Shown: positions 48,779-64,000 of the stretch, piece after piece | Numbering within the stretch: position 1 is the first letter of the stretch | How the letters are laid out: the number at the start of each line of letters is the position of its first letter | Source of the DNA: Gemmatimonadales bacterium | GTDB taxonomy: Bacteria; Gemmatimonadota; Gemmatimonadetes; Gemmatimonadales; GWC2-71-9 | Length of the DNA: 64,000 nucleotides | Assembly: GCA_965249575.1 (NCBI GenBank) | Contig: OZ252244.1 | Location: 736,001 to 800,000 of the forward strand | Direction of reading: 5' to 3' | Program-made: the position numbers and the translations under genes | The notes under the pieces: generated by a model | The model's input: the letters and a program-made list of their open reading frames with translations, nothing else | Told to the model about the DNA's origin: nothing | Databases searched by the model: none

Positions 48779-50884
48779 CTATCCCCTGATCTTGCTGATG
48801 ATCTCGTCCGCCTTGGATTTCGGCACTTCCGAGTACTGCGAAAACTCCATCGAATAGGTCGCTCGCCCCTGCGTCATCGATCGGAGCACCGTCGAATAGC
48901 CGAACATCTCGCCGAGCGGCACACTGGCCGCGATGACCTGCGCGCTCCCTCGCTGCGTCATGCCGCCAATCTTCCCGCGCCGACCGCTCAGGTCGCCCAT
49001 GACGTCCCCCATGTAGTCAGCCGGGGTCACCACCTCGACGTCCATGACTGGCTCCAAGAGCACGGGCTTCGCCCGACCCGCAGCCTCCTTGAACCCCATC
49101 GAGCCGGCGATTCGGAACGCTACCTCGCTGGAGTCGACGTCGTGCGAGCTTCCGTCGATTAGCTCGACTCGGACATCAACAACCGGATAGCCGGCAAGCA
49201 CGCCGTTCTCGAGCGCCGCCTTGACACCCTGCTCGACCGGGCCGATGTACTCGCGCGGCACGGCCCCCCCAACGATCTTGTCCTCGAAAGCAAACCCATG
49301 TCCCGGCTCCGTGGGCTCCAGATTGATGACCACGTGGCCGTACTGCCCGCGGCCGCCCGACTGCCGCACGAATTTCCCCTCGACGGCCTCGACCCGTTCG
49401 CGGACCGTTTCCCGATAAGCAACTTGCGGGCGACCCACGTTCGCTTCGACCTTGAACTCCCGGCGCATCCGGTCGACGAGCACCTCGAGGTGCAACTCGC
49501 CCATCCCGGAGATGATGGTCTGTCCGGTTTCGGGATCCGAGCGTACATGAAAGGTGGGGTCTTCCTCTGCCAGCTTCTGGAGCGCGACACCCAGCTTGTC
49601 CTGGTCCGCCTTCGTTTTAGGCTCGATCGCCACGGAGATCACGGGCTCCGGAAACCGCATGACCTCGAGGATGATCGGGTCGTCCTTGTCGCACAGGGTA
49701 TCACCCGTGCGGGTCTCCTTCAGCCCGATCGCCGCGCCGATATCGCCCGCGCGTACCTGTTCGATCTCCTCTCGCTTGTTCGCGTGCATCTGCAACAGCC
49801 GTCCAACCCGCTCGCGGCGGTCTTTGCTCGAGTTGTAGACGTAGGAACCGGCGTTGAGAGCTCCCGAATACACCCGGAAGAATGTCAACTTCCCGACGTA
49901 GGGATCGGTGGCGATCTTGAAGGCCAGCGCGCTGAACGGTGCCTCGTCCGAAGGGGAGCGCTTCACGAACGTATCGTCGTGATGTGGCAGGTGCCCCGAT
50001 ATTGCGGGGACATCAAGCGGGCTCGGGAGGTAGTCGATAACTCCGTCCAGCAGGCGCTGGATGCCCTTGTTCTTGAATGCGGCCCCGCAGAACACCGGGA
50101 CGATGTGTCCGTCCACGGTCGCGGTTCGCACCGCCCGCCGGACCTCCCCCTCGCTCAGCTCCTGGCCCTCGAGGTATTTCTTGAGCAACTCCTCATCGTG
50201 CTCGACGGCCGCTTCGATCAATTGATGCCTGAGCCCCGCGGTACGCTCCCGGAATGCTTCGGGAATGGGGCTCTCGACCCATTTGACGCCCAGAGATTCG
50301 TCGTCGTACACGACCTCGACCTGGCGCACCACGTCGATGAGACCGGTAAACAGCTCGCCGGAGCCCAGTGGGAACTGCACGGGATAGGCCTTGGCGCCGA
50401 GCTGGTCCCGTACCATGGAAAGGCAGCGGTCGAAATCAGCCCCGACTCGGTCCATCTTGTTCACGAAGACGATGCGCGGCACCCGGTACCGATCGGCCTG
50501 ACGCCAGACGGTCTCGGTTTGCGGCTCGACCCCGCCGACCGCATCGAGGATGGCGATCGCCCCGTCGAGGACCCTAAGCGAGCGCTCGACCTCTACCGTG
50601 AAATCCACGTGCCCGGGCGTGTCGATGATATTGATCTGGTAGACATCGTCTGACCGCTGCCACTCGCAATAGGTGGCGGCCGAGGTGATCGTGATCCCCC
50701 GCTCCTGCTCCTGTTCCATCCAATCCATCGTCGCGGTTCCCTCGTGGACCTCACCGATTTTGTAGGTGCGGCCGGCATAGTAGAGAATCCGCTCGGTGGT
50801 GGTCGTCTTCCCGGCATCGATGTGGGCCATGATGCCGATGTTACGTATCTTCTCGAGCGCCGTCTTCCGTCCCGAAGCAGGCAC
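48779..50884 (-). CDS. fusA: Elongation factor G
   Basis: [29 protein letters not shown]; start GTG 50884 or 50908. Confidence 0.98.
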   Translation of the reverse strand: MPASGRKTALEKIRNIGIMAHIDAGKTTTTERILYYAGRTYKIGEVHEGTATMDWMEQEQERGITITSAATYCEWQRSDDVYQINIIDTPGHVDFTVEVERSLRVLDGAIAILDAVGGVEPQTETVWRQADRYRVPRIVFVNKMDRVGADFDRCLSMVRDQLGAKAYPVQFPLGSGELFTGLIDVVRQVEVVYDDESLGVKWVESPIPEAFRERTAGLRHQLIEAAVEHDEELLKKYLEGQELSEGEVRRAVRTATVDGHIVPVFCGAAFKNKGIQRLLDGVIDYLPSPLDVPAISGHLPHHDDTFVKRSPSDEAPFSALAFKIATDPYVGKLTFFRVYSGALNAGSYVYNSSKDRRERVGRLLQMHANKREEIEQVRAGDIGAAIGLKETRTGDTLCDKDDPIILEVMRFPEPVISVAIEPKTKADQDKLGVALQKLAEEDPTFHVRSDPETGQTIISGMGELHLEVLVDRMRREFKVEANVGRPQVAYRETVRERVEAVEGKFVRQSGGRGQYGHVVINLEPTEPGHGFAFEDKIVGGAVPREYIGPVEQGVKAALENGVLAGYPVVDVRVELIDGSSHDVDSSEVAFRIAGSMGFKEAAGRAKPVLLEPVMDVEVVTPADYMGDVMGDLSGRRGKIGGMTQRGSAQVIAASVPLGEMFGYSTVLRSMTQGRATYSMEFSQYSEVPKSKADEIISKIRG

Positions 50885-51059
50885 CGTTTGTACTTTCGGA
50901 CTGGTCACAGCCGCCGGCGTCCTCCCTGAACAGCGAAAAAGCGGGGCGACCGTCATCCGAATCGGACAGGTCTCGCTCCGCAATCGTCCCGAGGCTTCCG
51001 CCCCTAGGACGCGGGATCCCTTAAGCAGGGTCCCGTGCTTGTCGAGCTAAGGGACTAGG

Positions 51060-51530
51060 TTACCACCGATAATGCGCGAAGGCGCGATTCGCCTCCGCCA
51101 TCCGATGCGTGTCGTCTTTCTTTTTGACGGCGTTCCCCTCGCCCTTCGCCGCAAGCATCAACTCGGCGGCCAGGCGCTGCGCCATCGTCTTCTCATTGCG
51201 CGATCTCGCGAATTCCAAGAGCCAGCGCATCGCTAATGCGTTCCGGCGGTCCGGCCGCACCTCCACCGGGACCTGATACGTCGCCCCTCCCACCCGCCGG
51301 CTCTTCACCTCCACGACCGGTTTCACGTTGCTGAGCGCCTGCTTGAACACATTGACGCCCGGCTGCCCCGCACGCTGCTCGATGAGATCCATGGCCCGGT
51401 AAAAAATCCCCTCGGCCAACGATTTCCGCCCCTCGAGCATCATCGCATTGACGAATTTCGATACCGTCTGGCTATCGTAGCGCGGATCCGGTGGGACCGG
51501 ACGGCGAACGGCTCGCTGGCGCCGGCTCAC
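51060..51530 (-). CDS. rpsG: 30S protein S7
   Basis: [25 protein letters not shown]. Confidence 0.98.
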   Translation of the reverse strand: MSRRQRAVRRPVPPDPRYDSQTVSKFVNAMMLEGRKSLAEGIFYRAMDLIEQRAGQPGVNVFKQALSNVKPVVEVKSRRVGGATYQVPVEVRPDRRNALAMRWLLEFARSRNEKTMAQRLAAELMLAAKGEGNAVKKKDDTHRMAEANRAFAHYRW

Positions 51531-51898
51531 TTCGGTCTCTTCGCGCCGTACTTGGATCGGCTCTGCTTGCGGTCGGTCACGCCGGCGGCGTCCAGCGTCC
51601 CCCGTATGATGTGATACCGCACGCCCGGCAGATCTTTCACGCGCCCGCCCCGGATCAACACGATGCTGTGCTCCTGGAGATTGTGTCCCTCACCGGGGAT
51701 GTAGCTCGTCACCTCGAATCCATTCGTCAGCCGGACCCTGGCCACCTTCCGGAGAGCCGAGTTGGGCTTCTTAGGCGTTGTCGTATAGACCCGCGTGCAC
51801 ACCCCGCGCTTCTGGGGGTTTCCCTTCAGCGCCGGCGCCTTTTCCTTCCGCGGGACAGCTTTGCGCCCCTGTCGAACCAACTGATTGATCGTGGGCAT
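51527..51898 (-). CDS. rpsL: 30S protein S12
   Basis: [27 protein letters not shown]. Confidence 0.99.
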   Translation of the reverse strand: MPTINQLVRQGRKAVPRKEKAPALKGNPQKRGVCTRVYTTTPKKPNSALRKVARVRLTNGFEVTSYIPGEGHNLQEHSIVLIRGGRVKDLPGVRYHIIRGTLDAAGVTDRKQSRSKYGAKRPK

Positions 51899-51961
51899 GC
51901 ACCTCCACCCGGTTCCCGAACGACCGAACCACCCCGAAGGGTGGTTGGTACACAGACTTTA

Positions 51962-51990
51962 AACGTAGATACCGCAACCGCCTGGGTCAA
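51962..51990 (-). promoter_or_regulatory. Sigma70-like promoter for rpsL
   Basis: TTGACC-17 nt-TACGTT on the minus strand between the rpoC stop and rpsL. Confidence 0.65.
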
Positions 51991-51997
51991 GGGCGCG

Positions 51998-56290
<4,293 letters not shown>

Positions 56291-56302
56291 GGATCGCCCC
56301 CT

Positions 56303-59300
56303 TTATTCGTCGCCGTCTTCGGTGGCTCCGAGCGTCACCCGAAGCCCCAACGCTTGGAGCTCCTTGACCAGGACGTTGAACGACTCTGGGATTCCGGGCT
56401 CCGGAAGGTTTTGCCCCTTCACGATGGCCTCGTACACCCGGCTCCGTCCGTTCACGTCGTCCGATTTGACGGTCAGCATTTCTTGTAGGACGTGGGCCGC
56501 TCCATACGCTTCGAGCGCCCACACTTCCATCTCACCAAACCGCTGCCCTCCGAACTGGGCCTTGCCCGCCAGGGGCTGCTGGGTCACCAAGCTGTACGGA
56601 CCGATCGACCGGGCGTGGATCTTGTCATCGACGAGGTGAGACAGCTTCATCATGTACAGCGACCCAACCGTGACCTCCGACGCAAACCACTCGCCAGTGC
56701 GCCCGTCACGTAGGCTGCATTTGCCGGTGGGCGTGAAACCAGCCAGCCTCAGGAGTTCCCGCGCCGCCGCTTCGACATCGGCCTCGCTCTTCGGGCCCAG
56801 AAGCCCGGCGAGGGACGGAAGCCCCATGTGCTTCAGCCGGTCCCCGGCGCTACCGCCCAGGCCCTTGTCAGCCTCCTTGACGCCCTGCTTGAACGCGGTG
56901 CGCTCCTGCTTGGAGAGCTCTTCGGTGCGCTCGAGCTGATCCTCGTGGTAAGCCCGCTGATGCTCGGCCTCGTCCTGCCCGCGATTCGCCAGCTCTTTGG
57001 CCGCACCTTCGAGGTAGTCACGGGCGGCATGGTACGCGTCGCGGGTCGATTGGTTCAGCGACCGGCTCGCCAGAGCATCGAGCGACACCGTCCCTAGCTC
57101 CGGATGCCCGTTTTGATGGTGCGACTGCAGGCGCCCGATGTCGTCGACGAGTTGCCGCAAGGTACCGGCATCAAACGAGGGAGCCTCTGCGGCAAGGCCG
57201 AGCGCGTTGCGGGCCCACGCCAACCCCGCCAAACGTAGGAGGATGCCGAGCTCGGCCTCGTCCGCGCCTTGGAACACTGGCGTCTTGGCCTCAAACCCGA
57301 GGACCTGGGCCGCCCATCCCAAATGCGTCTCGAGAATCTGGCCGACATTCATGCGGCTCGGCACACCGAGCGGATTGAGGACGATGTCGACCGGTGTCCC
57401 ATCCGGAAGAAACGGCATGTCCTCCTCCGGAACAATCCGAGCGATGATGCCCTTGTTCCCATGCCGGCCCGCCATCTTGTCACCCACGGCGATCTTGCGC
57501 TTCTCGGCCAGATAAACCTTCACCAGTTGGATGACACCGGGGGGCAGCTCGTCCGGCTGGAGGATCTTGTCGATCTGGTCTTCCGCCTTCTCCTCGATCT
57601 TGGACCGCTCCCGGTTCGCCGCGTCGATGGCCGCTCGGACGGCTTCATTCACCGTCGTCGAGACGACTCGAAGTGTCTTGATGTCCACATTGGGGAAGTG
57701 CACATCGGCAAGCACGGTCTTCGTGAGCTTGGACCCGGCGGGCAGATATTCCTCGACAGTGCCGTTCTTGAGCATCATCGCCACTTCCTGGCCCTGCAAG
57801 AGCTCGGTCAGCTCTTCGAACAAGACGGAGCTGATCCGGGCCTTCTCATCGTTCTCGAGCCCCCGGACCTCGCCGATTCGCTCACCACGGTCCTTCTCTA
57901 CGACTTGGTCTTCGATGCGTGAGAAGATCTTGACGTCGATGACCACGCCCTCCATGCCCGGCGGGATCTTGAGGGACGAGTCTTTGACGTCCTTTGCCTT
58001 CTCCCCGAAGATGGCGGTCAGGAGCTTCTCTTCCGGGGACAGCTCCGTTTCGCCCTTTGGGGTGATCTTACCGACCAGGATATCGCCGGGCTTCACGTGC
58101 GCACCGATGCGAATGATCCCGCGCTCGTCGAGATCGACGAGCGATTCCTCTGACACGTTCGGGATCTCGCGAGTGATTTCCTCCTGGCCCCGTTTGGTGT
58201 CGCGAACGTGGAGCTCGAGTTCTTGAATGTGGATCGAGCTGTACACGTCGTCCTTGACGAGCCGCTCGGAGAGCACGATGGCGTCTTCGAAGTTGTGACC
58301 GTACCAAGGCATAAACGCCACGATGACGTTCGCTCCGAGCGCGAGCTCTCCCCGGCTCGTTCCGGGACCATCGGCGATGATGTCCCCAGCCGTGATGACT
58401 TGCCCTTCGCGCACGAGCGGCCGCTGGTTAATGGCGGTGTCTTGGTTGGTCCGCCAGAATTTTTTCAGGCGATAGCGATCGTGCTGCATGAGCCTCGCCA
58501 GCGGCGTCTCGCCCCGCTGGGCGCCCTCAAGTCCCGTATCGACGATGATCTCGTCTGCGGTTACGCGACGGACCACGCCACTGCGCCGAGCGATCACGAC
58601 GGCCCCCGAATCACGGGCGACTTTCTCCTCGAGGCCGGTCCCGACCAGCGGGGATTCCGGAAAGAGGAGCGGCACGGACTGGCGCTGCATGTTGCTGCCC
58701 ATCAGTGCTCGGTTGGCGTCGTCATGCTCGAGGAATGGAATTAGCGCGGCGGCAATCGACACGAGTTGTTCGGGAGCGACATCCATGAAGTCGATACGCT
58801 CCGGTGCGGTCAGGGGGTAGTCGTCCCGCTTCCGGCACAGCGCCAGCTCGTTCACGAATTTCCCATCGTGATCGAGCGGGGCGTTCGCCTGCGCGACCGC
58901 ATATTCCTCTTCTTCGGAAGCCGAAAGCCACCGGATCTGATCGGTCACCCGCATTCGCTGGACCGCCCGATACGGCGTCTCGATGAATCCGAGGCTGTTG
59001 ACCCTGGCGTAGGTCGAGAGGCTCGTAATCAGGCCGATGTTCGGGCCCTCCGGCGTCTCGATCGGGCACATCCGGCCGTATTGCGAGTAATGCACGTCCC
59101 TGACCTCGAACCCCGCGCGCTCCCGCGTAAGACCACCCGGACCCAGCGCGCTGAGCCGCCGCTTGTGTGTCAGTTCTGCAAGGGGATTCGTCTGATCCAT
59201 GAACTGGGACAGCTGGGAGCTCCCGAAGAACGCCTGAATCACCGCGCTGACGGTCCGTGCGTTGACCAAGTCGTCCAGTGTGATCTTCTCGGGATCGTTG

Positions 59301-60799
59301 TTGATACTCATCCGCTCCTTGATCAGCCGCGCCATGCGCGATAGACCCACCGAGAACTGATTCGCAATCAGCTCGCCGACAGTTCGGACGCGCCGGTTGC
59401 CGAGATGATCGATGTCGTCCGTGTAGCCGCGGCCCTCGGAGAGCTCGACGAGATACCGGATGATCGCGACGAAGTCTTCCTGCGTGAGCACCGTATGGTC
59501 CGGCGGAACGTTGACCTTGAGCCGCTGGTTGATCTTGTACCGACCCACTCGACCAAGGTCATATCGTTTGGGATTGAAGAACAGCCGCTCGAGCGCCGCG
59601 CGCGCGGTCTCGAGGTTTGGCGCCTCCCCGGGGCGCAGCAGGCCGTAGATCTGTTCCAGAGCCTCCGCTTCGGTCGTGGTGGGGTCCTTGGCGAGCGTGT
59701 TCTTGACAATCTGCGATTCAGCACGCGCCGACCCCAACAACACGTCGACCTTGAGCACCCCGGCCTTCGTCAACTTCTTCTTGAGATTGTCTGTGAGTTC
59801 CTTGCCCGCGTCAGCCACGATCTCGCCGGTCTCCGGATCCGGCACGTCGAATGCCAACACCTGTTTCTCGTCTCGCTCCCGCATGGTGGTGGGCCGATCT
59901 TCGTCCCGCAGGTCGAGGGTGGCGTAGCGCGCGAAGATTCCCACCGCCTTCACCCCGGCCGATCGCAGCGAATTGTACCGCTCGACCGTCAGCTCCTCCC
60001 CCTCGTGAACGAGCGGCTCTCCTTCTTTCTGCTCCGGATCCGCAACGGGTTCCGCCACCATTGCCCCCAGCACCTCCCGCCGCAGGGTCCGCTCGTCCAC
60101 CTTCCGGGTGAGATCCAACGGCTTGGTCGCGTAGAACAAGCGGAGGATCTCTCCGTTGGTCCCGTACCCGAATGCCCGCAGGAGGGCGGTCGCCGGGAAC
60201 TTCTTCTTCTTGTCGATGTGCACGTAGACGACATCGTGGATGTCGACGGTGAACTCGACCCATGATCCCCGGAACGGGATGATGCGGGCGCTGTACAGCC
60301 GCTGCCCGTTCGGGTGAATCGACTCCTCAAAGACGGCGCCGGGAGAGCGGTGGAGCTGGGATACGACCACGCGCTCCGCCCCGTTGATGACGAAGGTCCC
60401 GAGCTGCGTCAAGATCGGGAGCTCCCCGAGGTAGACTTCCTTCTCGATGATGTTCTTGGGACGTTTGGCGCCGCTTTCGAGCGTCTCGTTCACGACGAGC
60501 CGCAGTGTGGCCTTGAGCGACGCCGAGTACGTCATGTCCCGCTCGATGCACTCTTCGACGGTGTACTTCGTCTCCCCTAGCGCGAACTTGTCGAACTCGA
60601 GTGAGTAGTTCCCGTTGACGTCGGCGATGGGGAAGACTTCGTGAAAAACGCGCTCGAGCCCAACATCGCCCTCTTGCTCCGTTCCGTCCGGACTGAGTAG
60701 CGCGGAAAACGACCGCGTCTGGATGTCCAGCAGGTGCGGCATGGGCATGCCTTGCTCGAGCTTCCCAAAGGAAATGACCGGCAGTGTATTTTTTGTCAT
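56303..60799 (-). CDS. rpoB: RNA polymerase beta subunit
   Basis: [34 protein letters not shown]. Confidence 0.99.
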   Translation of the reverse strand: MTKNTLPVISFGKLEQGMPMPHLLDIQTRSFSALLSPDGTEQEGDVGLERVFHEVFPIADVNGNYSLEFDKFALGETKYTVEECIERDMTYSASLKATLRLVVNETLESGAKRPKNIIEKEVYLGELPILTQLGTFVINGAERVVVSQLHRSPGAVFEESIHPNGQRLYSARIIPFRGSWVEFTVDIHDVVYVHIDKKKKFPATALLRAFGYGTNGEILRLFYATKPLDLTRKVDERTLRREVLGAMVAEPVADPEQKEGEPLVHEGEELTVERYNSLRSAGVKAVGIFARYATLDLRDEDRPTTMRERDEKQVLAFDVPDPETGEIVADAGKELTDNLKKKLTKAGVLKVDVLLGSARAESQIVKNTLAKDPTTTEAEALEQIYGLLRPGEAPNLETARAALERLFFNPKRYDLGRVGRYKINQRLKVNVPPDHTVLTQEDFVAIIRYLVELSEGRGYTDDIDHLGNRRVRTVGELIANQFSVGLSRMARLIKERMSINNDPEKITLDDLVNARTVSAVIQAFFGSSQLSQFMDQTNPLAELTHKRRLSALGPGGLTRERAGFEVRDVHYSQYGRMCPIETPEGPNIGLITSLSTYARVNSLGFIETPYRAVQRMRVTDQIRWLSASEEEEYAVAQANAPLDHDGKFVNELALCRKRDDYPLTAPERIDFMDVAPEQLVSIAAALIPFLEHDDANRALMGSNMQRQSVPLLFPESPLVGTGLEEKVARDSGAVVIARRSGVVRRVTADEIIVDTGLEGAQRGETPLARLMQHDRYRLKKFWRTNQDTAINQRPLVREGQVITAGDIIADGPGTSRGELALGANVIVAFMPWYGHNFEDAIVLSERLVKDDVYSSIHIQELELHVRDTKRGQEEITREIPNVSEESLVDLDERGIIRIGAHVKPGDILVGKITPKGETELSPEEKLLTAIFGEKAKDVKDSSLKIPPGMEGVVIDVKIFSRIEDQVVEKDRGERIGEVRGLENDEKARISSVLFEELTELLQGQEVAMMLKNGTVEEYLPAGSKLTKTVLADVHFPNVDIKTLRVVSTTVNEAVRAAIDAANRERSKIEEKAEDQIDKILQPDELPPGVIQLVKVYLAEKRKIAVGDKMAGRHGNKGIIARIVPEEDMPFLPDGTPVDIVLNPLGVPSRMNVGQILETHLGWAAQVLGFEAKTPVFQGADEAELGILLRLAGLAWARNALGLAAEAPSFDAGTLRQLVDDIGRLQSHHQNGHPELGTVSLDALASRSLNQSTRDAYHAARDYLEGAAKELANRGQDEAEHQRAYHEDQLERTEELSKQERTAFKQGVKEADKGLGGSAGDRLKHMGLPSLAGLLGPKSEADVEAAARELLRLAGFTPTGKCSLRDGRTGEWFASEVTVGSLYMMKLSHLVDDKIHARSIGPYSLVTQQPLAGKAQFGGQRFGEMEVWALEAYGAAHVLQEMLTVKSDDVNGRSRVYEAIVKGQNLPEPGIPESFNVLVKELQALGLRVTLGATEDGDE

Positions 60800-60970
60800 A
60801 AACCCTCACACAGCACAAATGGCCCCGTCACGCCCACCGGGATTCCGGTGGCCGCCGGCTCGGGGCGATTTCCGCGAGCGCTCCTTGAACGGTGTCGAAT
60901 AAGTAGGGCATACCGTCTTCGCTGAAGGTGACCGTTCCCCACCGCCAACCGGCCGGCGGGGTCGAGTCAG

Positions 60971-61360
60971 CTACTTCAGCTCAACGGTCGCACCCTGTTC
61001 TTCGAGCTTGTTCTTGATGGTCTCCGCTTCCTCTTTCGAGATGCTCTCCTTGACGCTCGCCGGCGCGCCGTCGACGAGATCCTTGGCTTCCTTGAGGCCG
61101 AGCGACGTGACTTCGCGGACGGCCTTGATCACCTGGATCTTCTTCGCGCCGGCCTCTTTCAGCACGACGGTGAACTCGGTCTTCTCCTCGGCCGCCGCCG
61201 CCTCTCCGTCTCCCGCCGCCGGTGCCGCGGCGACCGGGGCCGCGGCGATCGTGACGTTGAACTTCTCCTTGAACGCGTCGATCAGCTCGGCCAGTTCCAG
61301 CACCGACATGCTACCGATCGCGTCGAGGATATCGTCCTTGCTCAAAGTCGTAGTAGCCAT
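60971..61360 (-). CDS. rplL: 50S protein L7/L12
   Basis: [16 protein letters not shown]. Confidence 0.98.
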   Translation of the reverse strand: MATTTLSKDDILDAIGSMSVLELAELIDAFKEKFNVTIAAAPVAAAPAAGDGEAAAAEEKTEFTVVLKEAGAKKIQVIKAVREVTSLGLKEAKDLVDGAPASVKESISKEEAETIKNKLEEQGATVELK

Positions 61361-61384
61361 ACTCTGTCTCTCTCTCGAACCTGG

Positions 61385-61909
61385 TTATGCAGCGTTGCCG
61401 CGCTGCACGCGGAGCGCCTCCAAGGCGCCCAGCATGGTATTGAAGAGCCCGTTCACGACGCCGGCGAATCCCTGAAGCGGCGCCTGAAGGACTCCTCCCA
61501 ACTGGCTCAGCAGCTGGTCGCGCGAGGGGAGAGCGGCCAATTGCTTGACCTCTCGAGGGCCGACGCGCCGGCCCTCGACGAGCCCGGCCCGGACGGCCGG
61601 CCCCTCGTACTCCCGGTGGAAATCGTGCAGGATCTTCGCGGCGGCCAAAGGATCGTCTTCCGCAAACACGAGCCCCGTCGGGCCAACGACATCCGCACTC
61701 AACTCGCTGATCGCCGCCGCCTGCAGCGCCCGAAGGGCGAGGGTGTTCTTCACTACGACGAACTCCATGCCGCTCGACCGAAGCTGCCGACGGAGTTCCG
61801 TCATGTCTTTCACCTTGAGACCAGTGAAGTCCGCCACGTACACGGCGGGCGCACCGGCGAGCCGCTCGGACAGCCGCTCGACGATGTCCGCCTTGTCCGA
61901 ACGGTTCAT
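61385..61909 (-). CDS. rplJ: 50S protein L10
   Basis: VVKNTL, LAALPSR. Confidence 0.96.
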   Translation of the reverse strand: MNRSDKADIVERLSERLAGAPAVYVADFTGLKVKDMTELRRQLRSSGMEFVVVKNTLALRALQAAAISELSADVVGPTGLVFAEDDPLAAAKILHDFHREYEGPAVRAGLVEGRRVGPREVKQLAALPSRDQLLSQLGGVLQAPLQGFAGVVNGLFNTMLGALEALRVQRGNAA

Positions 61910-62592
61910 CGATACACCGCCGTGTCGACCGGCACTCCCGGCCCCATGGTACTGGAGACCGTCACCGACTTGAGATACGTCCCTTTTGCCGCGGACGGTT
62001 TGGCCCGGACGATTGCGTCGACGAACGCGGTCAGATTCTCCTCCAGCTTCTCGGCACTGAACGACACCTTCCCGACCGGAGCGTGCACATTGCCGGTCTT
62101 GTCAACCCGAAACTCGATCTTGCCCGCTTTGACGTCCTGCACTGCGCGAGCCACGTCATTCGTGACGGTCCCAGACTTGGGATTCGGCATGAGACCCCGC
62201 GGACCGAGAATCCGTCCCAGCTGGCCAACCTGACCCATCTGGTCCGGCGTGGCGATCACCACATCACAGTCGAGCCATCCATCTTTGATCTTTTGGATGT
62301 ACTCCGGGCCGACGAAGTCGGCGCCGGCGGTCTCGGCTTCACGAGCCTTGTCGCCCTGCGCGAGCACCACCACGCGAATCGTCTTACCAGTGCCATGCGG
62401 CAACACCACGGTCCCCCGAACGATCTGATCGGCGTGCCGCGGATCGACCCCGAGCCGGACCGCGACTTCCACACTCTCATCGAACTTCGCGAACGCGACT
62501 TCCTTCACACGATCGACTGCCCCCCGGGGCGAGTGTGCGTGCGCTCGGTCGACTGTCGCCGCGGCCGCCTGGTACTTACGACCGACCGCCAT
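61906..62592 (-). CDS. rplA: 50S protein L1
   Basis: [23 protein letters not shown]. Confidence 0.98.
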   Translation of the reverse strand: MAVGRKYQAAAATVDRAHAHSPRGAVDRVKEVAFAKFDESVEVAVRLGVDPRHADQIVRGTVVLPHGTGKTIRVVVLAQGDKAREAETAGADFVGPEYIQKIKDGWLDCDVVIATPDQMGQVGQLGRILGPRGLMPNPKSGTVTNDVARAVQDVKAGKIEFRVDKTGNVHAPVGKVSFSAEKLEENLTAFVDAIVRAKPSAAKGTYLKSVTVSSTMGPGVPVDTAVYR

Positions 62593-63029
62593 CAGTCCTC
62601 GACCTCGATGCCCATCGATCGGGCCGTCCCAGCGATCGTCTTCATCGCGGAGTCGACGTTCGCCGCGTTCAAATCGGGCATCTTCGTTTCCGCGATCTTC
62701 TTGACCTGTGCGGTGGTGACCTTCCCGACCTTCAAGCGGTTCGAGGTCGCCGAGCCCTTCTCGATACCCGCCTCCTTCCGTAGCAGCACCGCCGCAGGCG
62801 GGGTCTTGGTGATAAAGGAAAACGTGCGGTCGTGATAAATGGTGATCTCGACCGGCACTATCATGCCCGCCTGCGACTGAGTCCTGGCGTTGTACTGCTT
62901 GCAGAAGTCCATGATGTTGACACCATGGGGGCCCAGGGCGGTGCCGACTGGGGGGGCTGGATTTGCTGCCCCAGCTGGGACCTGCAGCTTCACGAAGCCG
63001 ATTACTCGCTTACCGGCAACCTTCGCCAT
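62592..63029 (-). CDS. rplK: 50S protein L11
   Basis: [19 protein letters not shown]. Confidence 0.98.
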   Translation of the reverse strand: MAKVAGKRVIGFVKLQVPAGAANPAPPVGTALGPHGVNIMDFCKQYNARTQSQAGMIVPVEITIYHDRTFSFITKTPPAAVLLRKEAGIEKGSATSNRLKVGKVTTAQVKKIAETKMPDLNAANVDSAMKTIAGTARSMGIEVED

Positions 63030-63039
63030 GGCCTTCCTC

Positions 63040-63066
63040 TCTCACGCCGGGTGACCGGCTCCCACA
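63040..63066 (-). promoter_or_regulatory. Candidate L1-binding operator in the rplK leader
   Basis: GGGAGCCGG-TCAC-CCGGCGTGA hairpin just before the RBS; resembles the GGGAGCC..GGCGT pattern of the E. coli rplK leader (from memory). Confidence 0.5.
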
Positions 63067-63090
63067 TTACCCCGTGGTCGGGGAAGCAGC

Positions 63091-63648
63091 TCAGTGTGCT
63101 TTGAGCTGCAGGTAGTCCAACTCGACGGTCGTCGGCCGTCCAAACAAACTCACACTCACCCGTACTTTGCCCTTGTCGGGTAAGACCTCTTCCACCGTGC
63201 CACTGAAGTCGGAGAACGGCCCCTCGCTGATCTCGACGACCTGACCAACCAGAAAGGGAATCTCCTCTCTCGGCTTCTCCTCTTGGACCACCGCTTCGAC
63301 TCCGAGAAGCCGATTGACTTCTTCCTGACGGAGTGCCTGAGGCACCCAGCCCTGCCCCACAAACTTGATCACGCCCTGGATTCCATTGATCGTGTGGAGT
63401 GTCTCCTGATTCATGACCATCTCCACCAAAACGTACCCCGGAAACCGCTTGCGCTCGACGTTGACCTTCTTGCCATTCTTGATCTCGACCACTTCCTCGA
63501 TCGGCACCAGGGCCTGGCGGATCAGCTTCTGCTCCTCCGGCTGGGAATCGGCCACGATCCTCCGCTCGATCAGCGAGCGAACCTTGTTCTCGTGCCCGGC
63601 CGTCGTCTGGATGGCATACCACCGGTGTTCCATCGCCGCCCCGATCAT
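63091..63648 (-). CDS. nusG: Transcription factor NusG
   Basis: WYAIQT, FPGYVLV, KOW GPFSDF, FGRPT; start 63648 or 63633. Confidence 0.97.
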   Translation of the reverse strand: MIGAAMEHRWYAIQTTAGHENKVRSLIERRIVADSQPEEQKLIRQALVPIEEVVEIKNGKKVNVERKRFPGYVLVEMVMNQETLHTINGIQGVIKFVGQGWVPQALRQEEVNRLLGVEAVVQEEKPREEIPFLVGQVVEISEGPFSDFSGTVEEVLPDKGKVRVSVSLFGRPTTVELDYLQLKAH

Positions 63649-63926
63649 GCGAAGGCGCGTCCAAGAAAGTCGATCAATAGCTTCGAGAACGCCCAGTCCA
63701 TGATCCCGATGATGATGCCAAGGACGATCACGAAAATGAGCACCACGACCGTCGACTGCCGCAGCTCGTCCCACCCCGGCCACGTGACTTTCCGCAGCTC
63801 GGTGCGCACTTCCTGCATGTATGCCGCCGACCGCGCGGCGAGCACCACGAGGGGCTCCCGCCACCAAACGGCGGCGCCGATACTGGTCAGCGCGATCCCC
63901 GCCCCAAGAGCCAGCCAAATATTCAC
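63645..63926 (-). CDS. secE: Preprotein translocase SecE
   Basis: ELRKVTWP followed by a TM helix; directly upstream of nusG. Confidence 0.93.
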   Translation of the reverse strand: MNIWLALGAGIALTSIGAAVWWREPLVVLAARSAAYMQEVRTELRKVTWPGWDELRQSTVVVLIFVIVLGIIIGIMDWAFSKLLIDFLGRAFA

Positions 63927-63928
63927 GC

Positions 63929-64000
63929 CTACTTGGATTCCTTGTGCATCTTATGCCCCCCACACCGCGGGCAGAACTTTTTCCACTCGGCCCGTTCAGG
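63929..64000 (-). CDS. rpmG: 50S protein L33, C-terminal part (start outside the window)
   Basis: Manual translation PERAEWKKFCPRCGGHKMHKESK*. Confidence 0.9.
   Translation of the reverse strand, partial: PERAEWKKFCPRCGGHKMHKESK

Noticed and set aside
63850..63930. SecE extension as a decayed tRNA-Trp
   Set aside because: No T-loop GTTCGA, anticodon arm or cloverleaf detectable.

Overview
GC-rich bacterial chromosome window, most likely Gemmatimonadota (inferred from the RpoC N-terminus, the RpoB C-terminal insertion and alpha2-type GlyRS; not database-checked). The right part (35.6-64 kb, minus strand) is the core rpmG-secE-nusG-rplKAJL-rpoBC-rpsLG-fusA-tuf-S10-spc-secY-adk-map cluster, which stops at map without infA or the alpha operon. 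The left part holds envelope, signalling and metabolic genes: an amidase coupled to a zincin/beta-propeller exported protein that the ORF track missed, a zinc-ribbon-FHA/Ser-Thr kinase/PP2C/FHA-trypsin module, anmK-murQ, fur-pdaD-speB-ccdA, priA, a deacetylase, a YukD/ubiquitin-like gene, two zincin peptidases, glyQS, purA, pilT, trpS, suhB and ftcD. Highlights: (i) tuf has an extreme, sharply bounded loss of C-ending codons; (ii) three dispensable plus-strand genes (ggt, wzc, ftcD) carry internal frameshifting deletions, one at a visible 8-nt microhomology; (iii) a phospho-Thr-linked transmembrane protease module sits between peptidoglycan-recycling genes; (iv) a candidate multi-stem RNA lies upstream of the fur operon. 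No CRISPR array, tRNA, rRNA or mobile element was seen.
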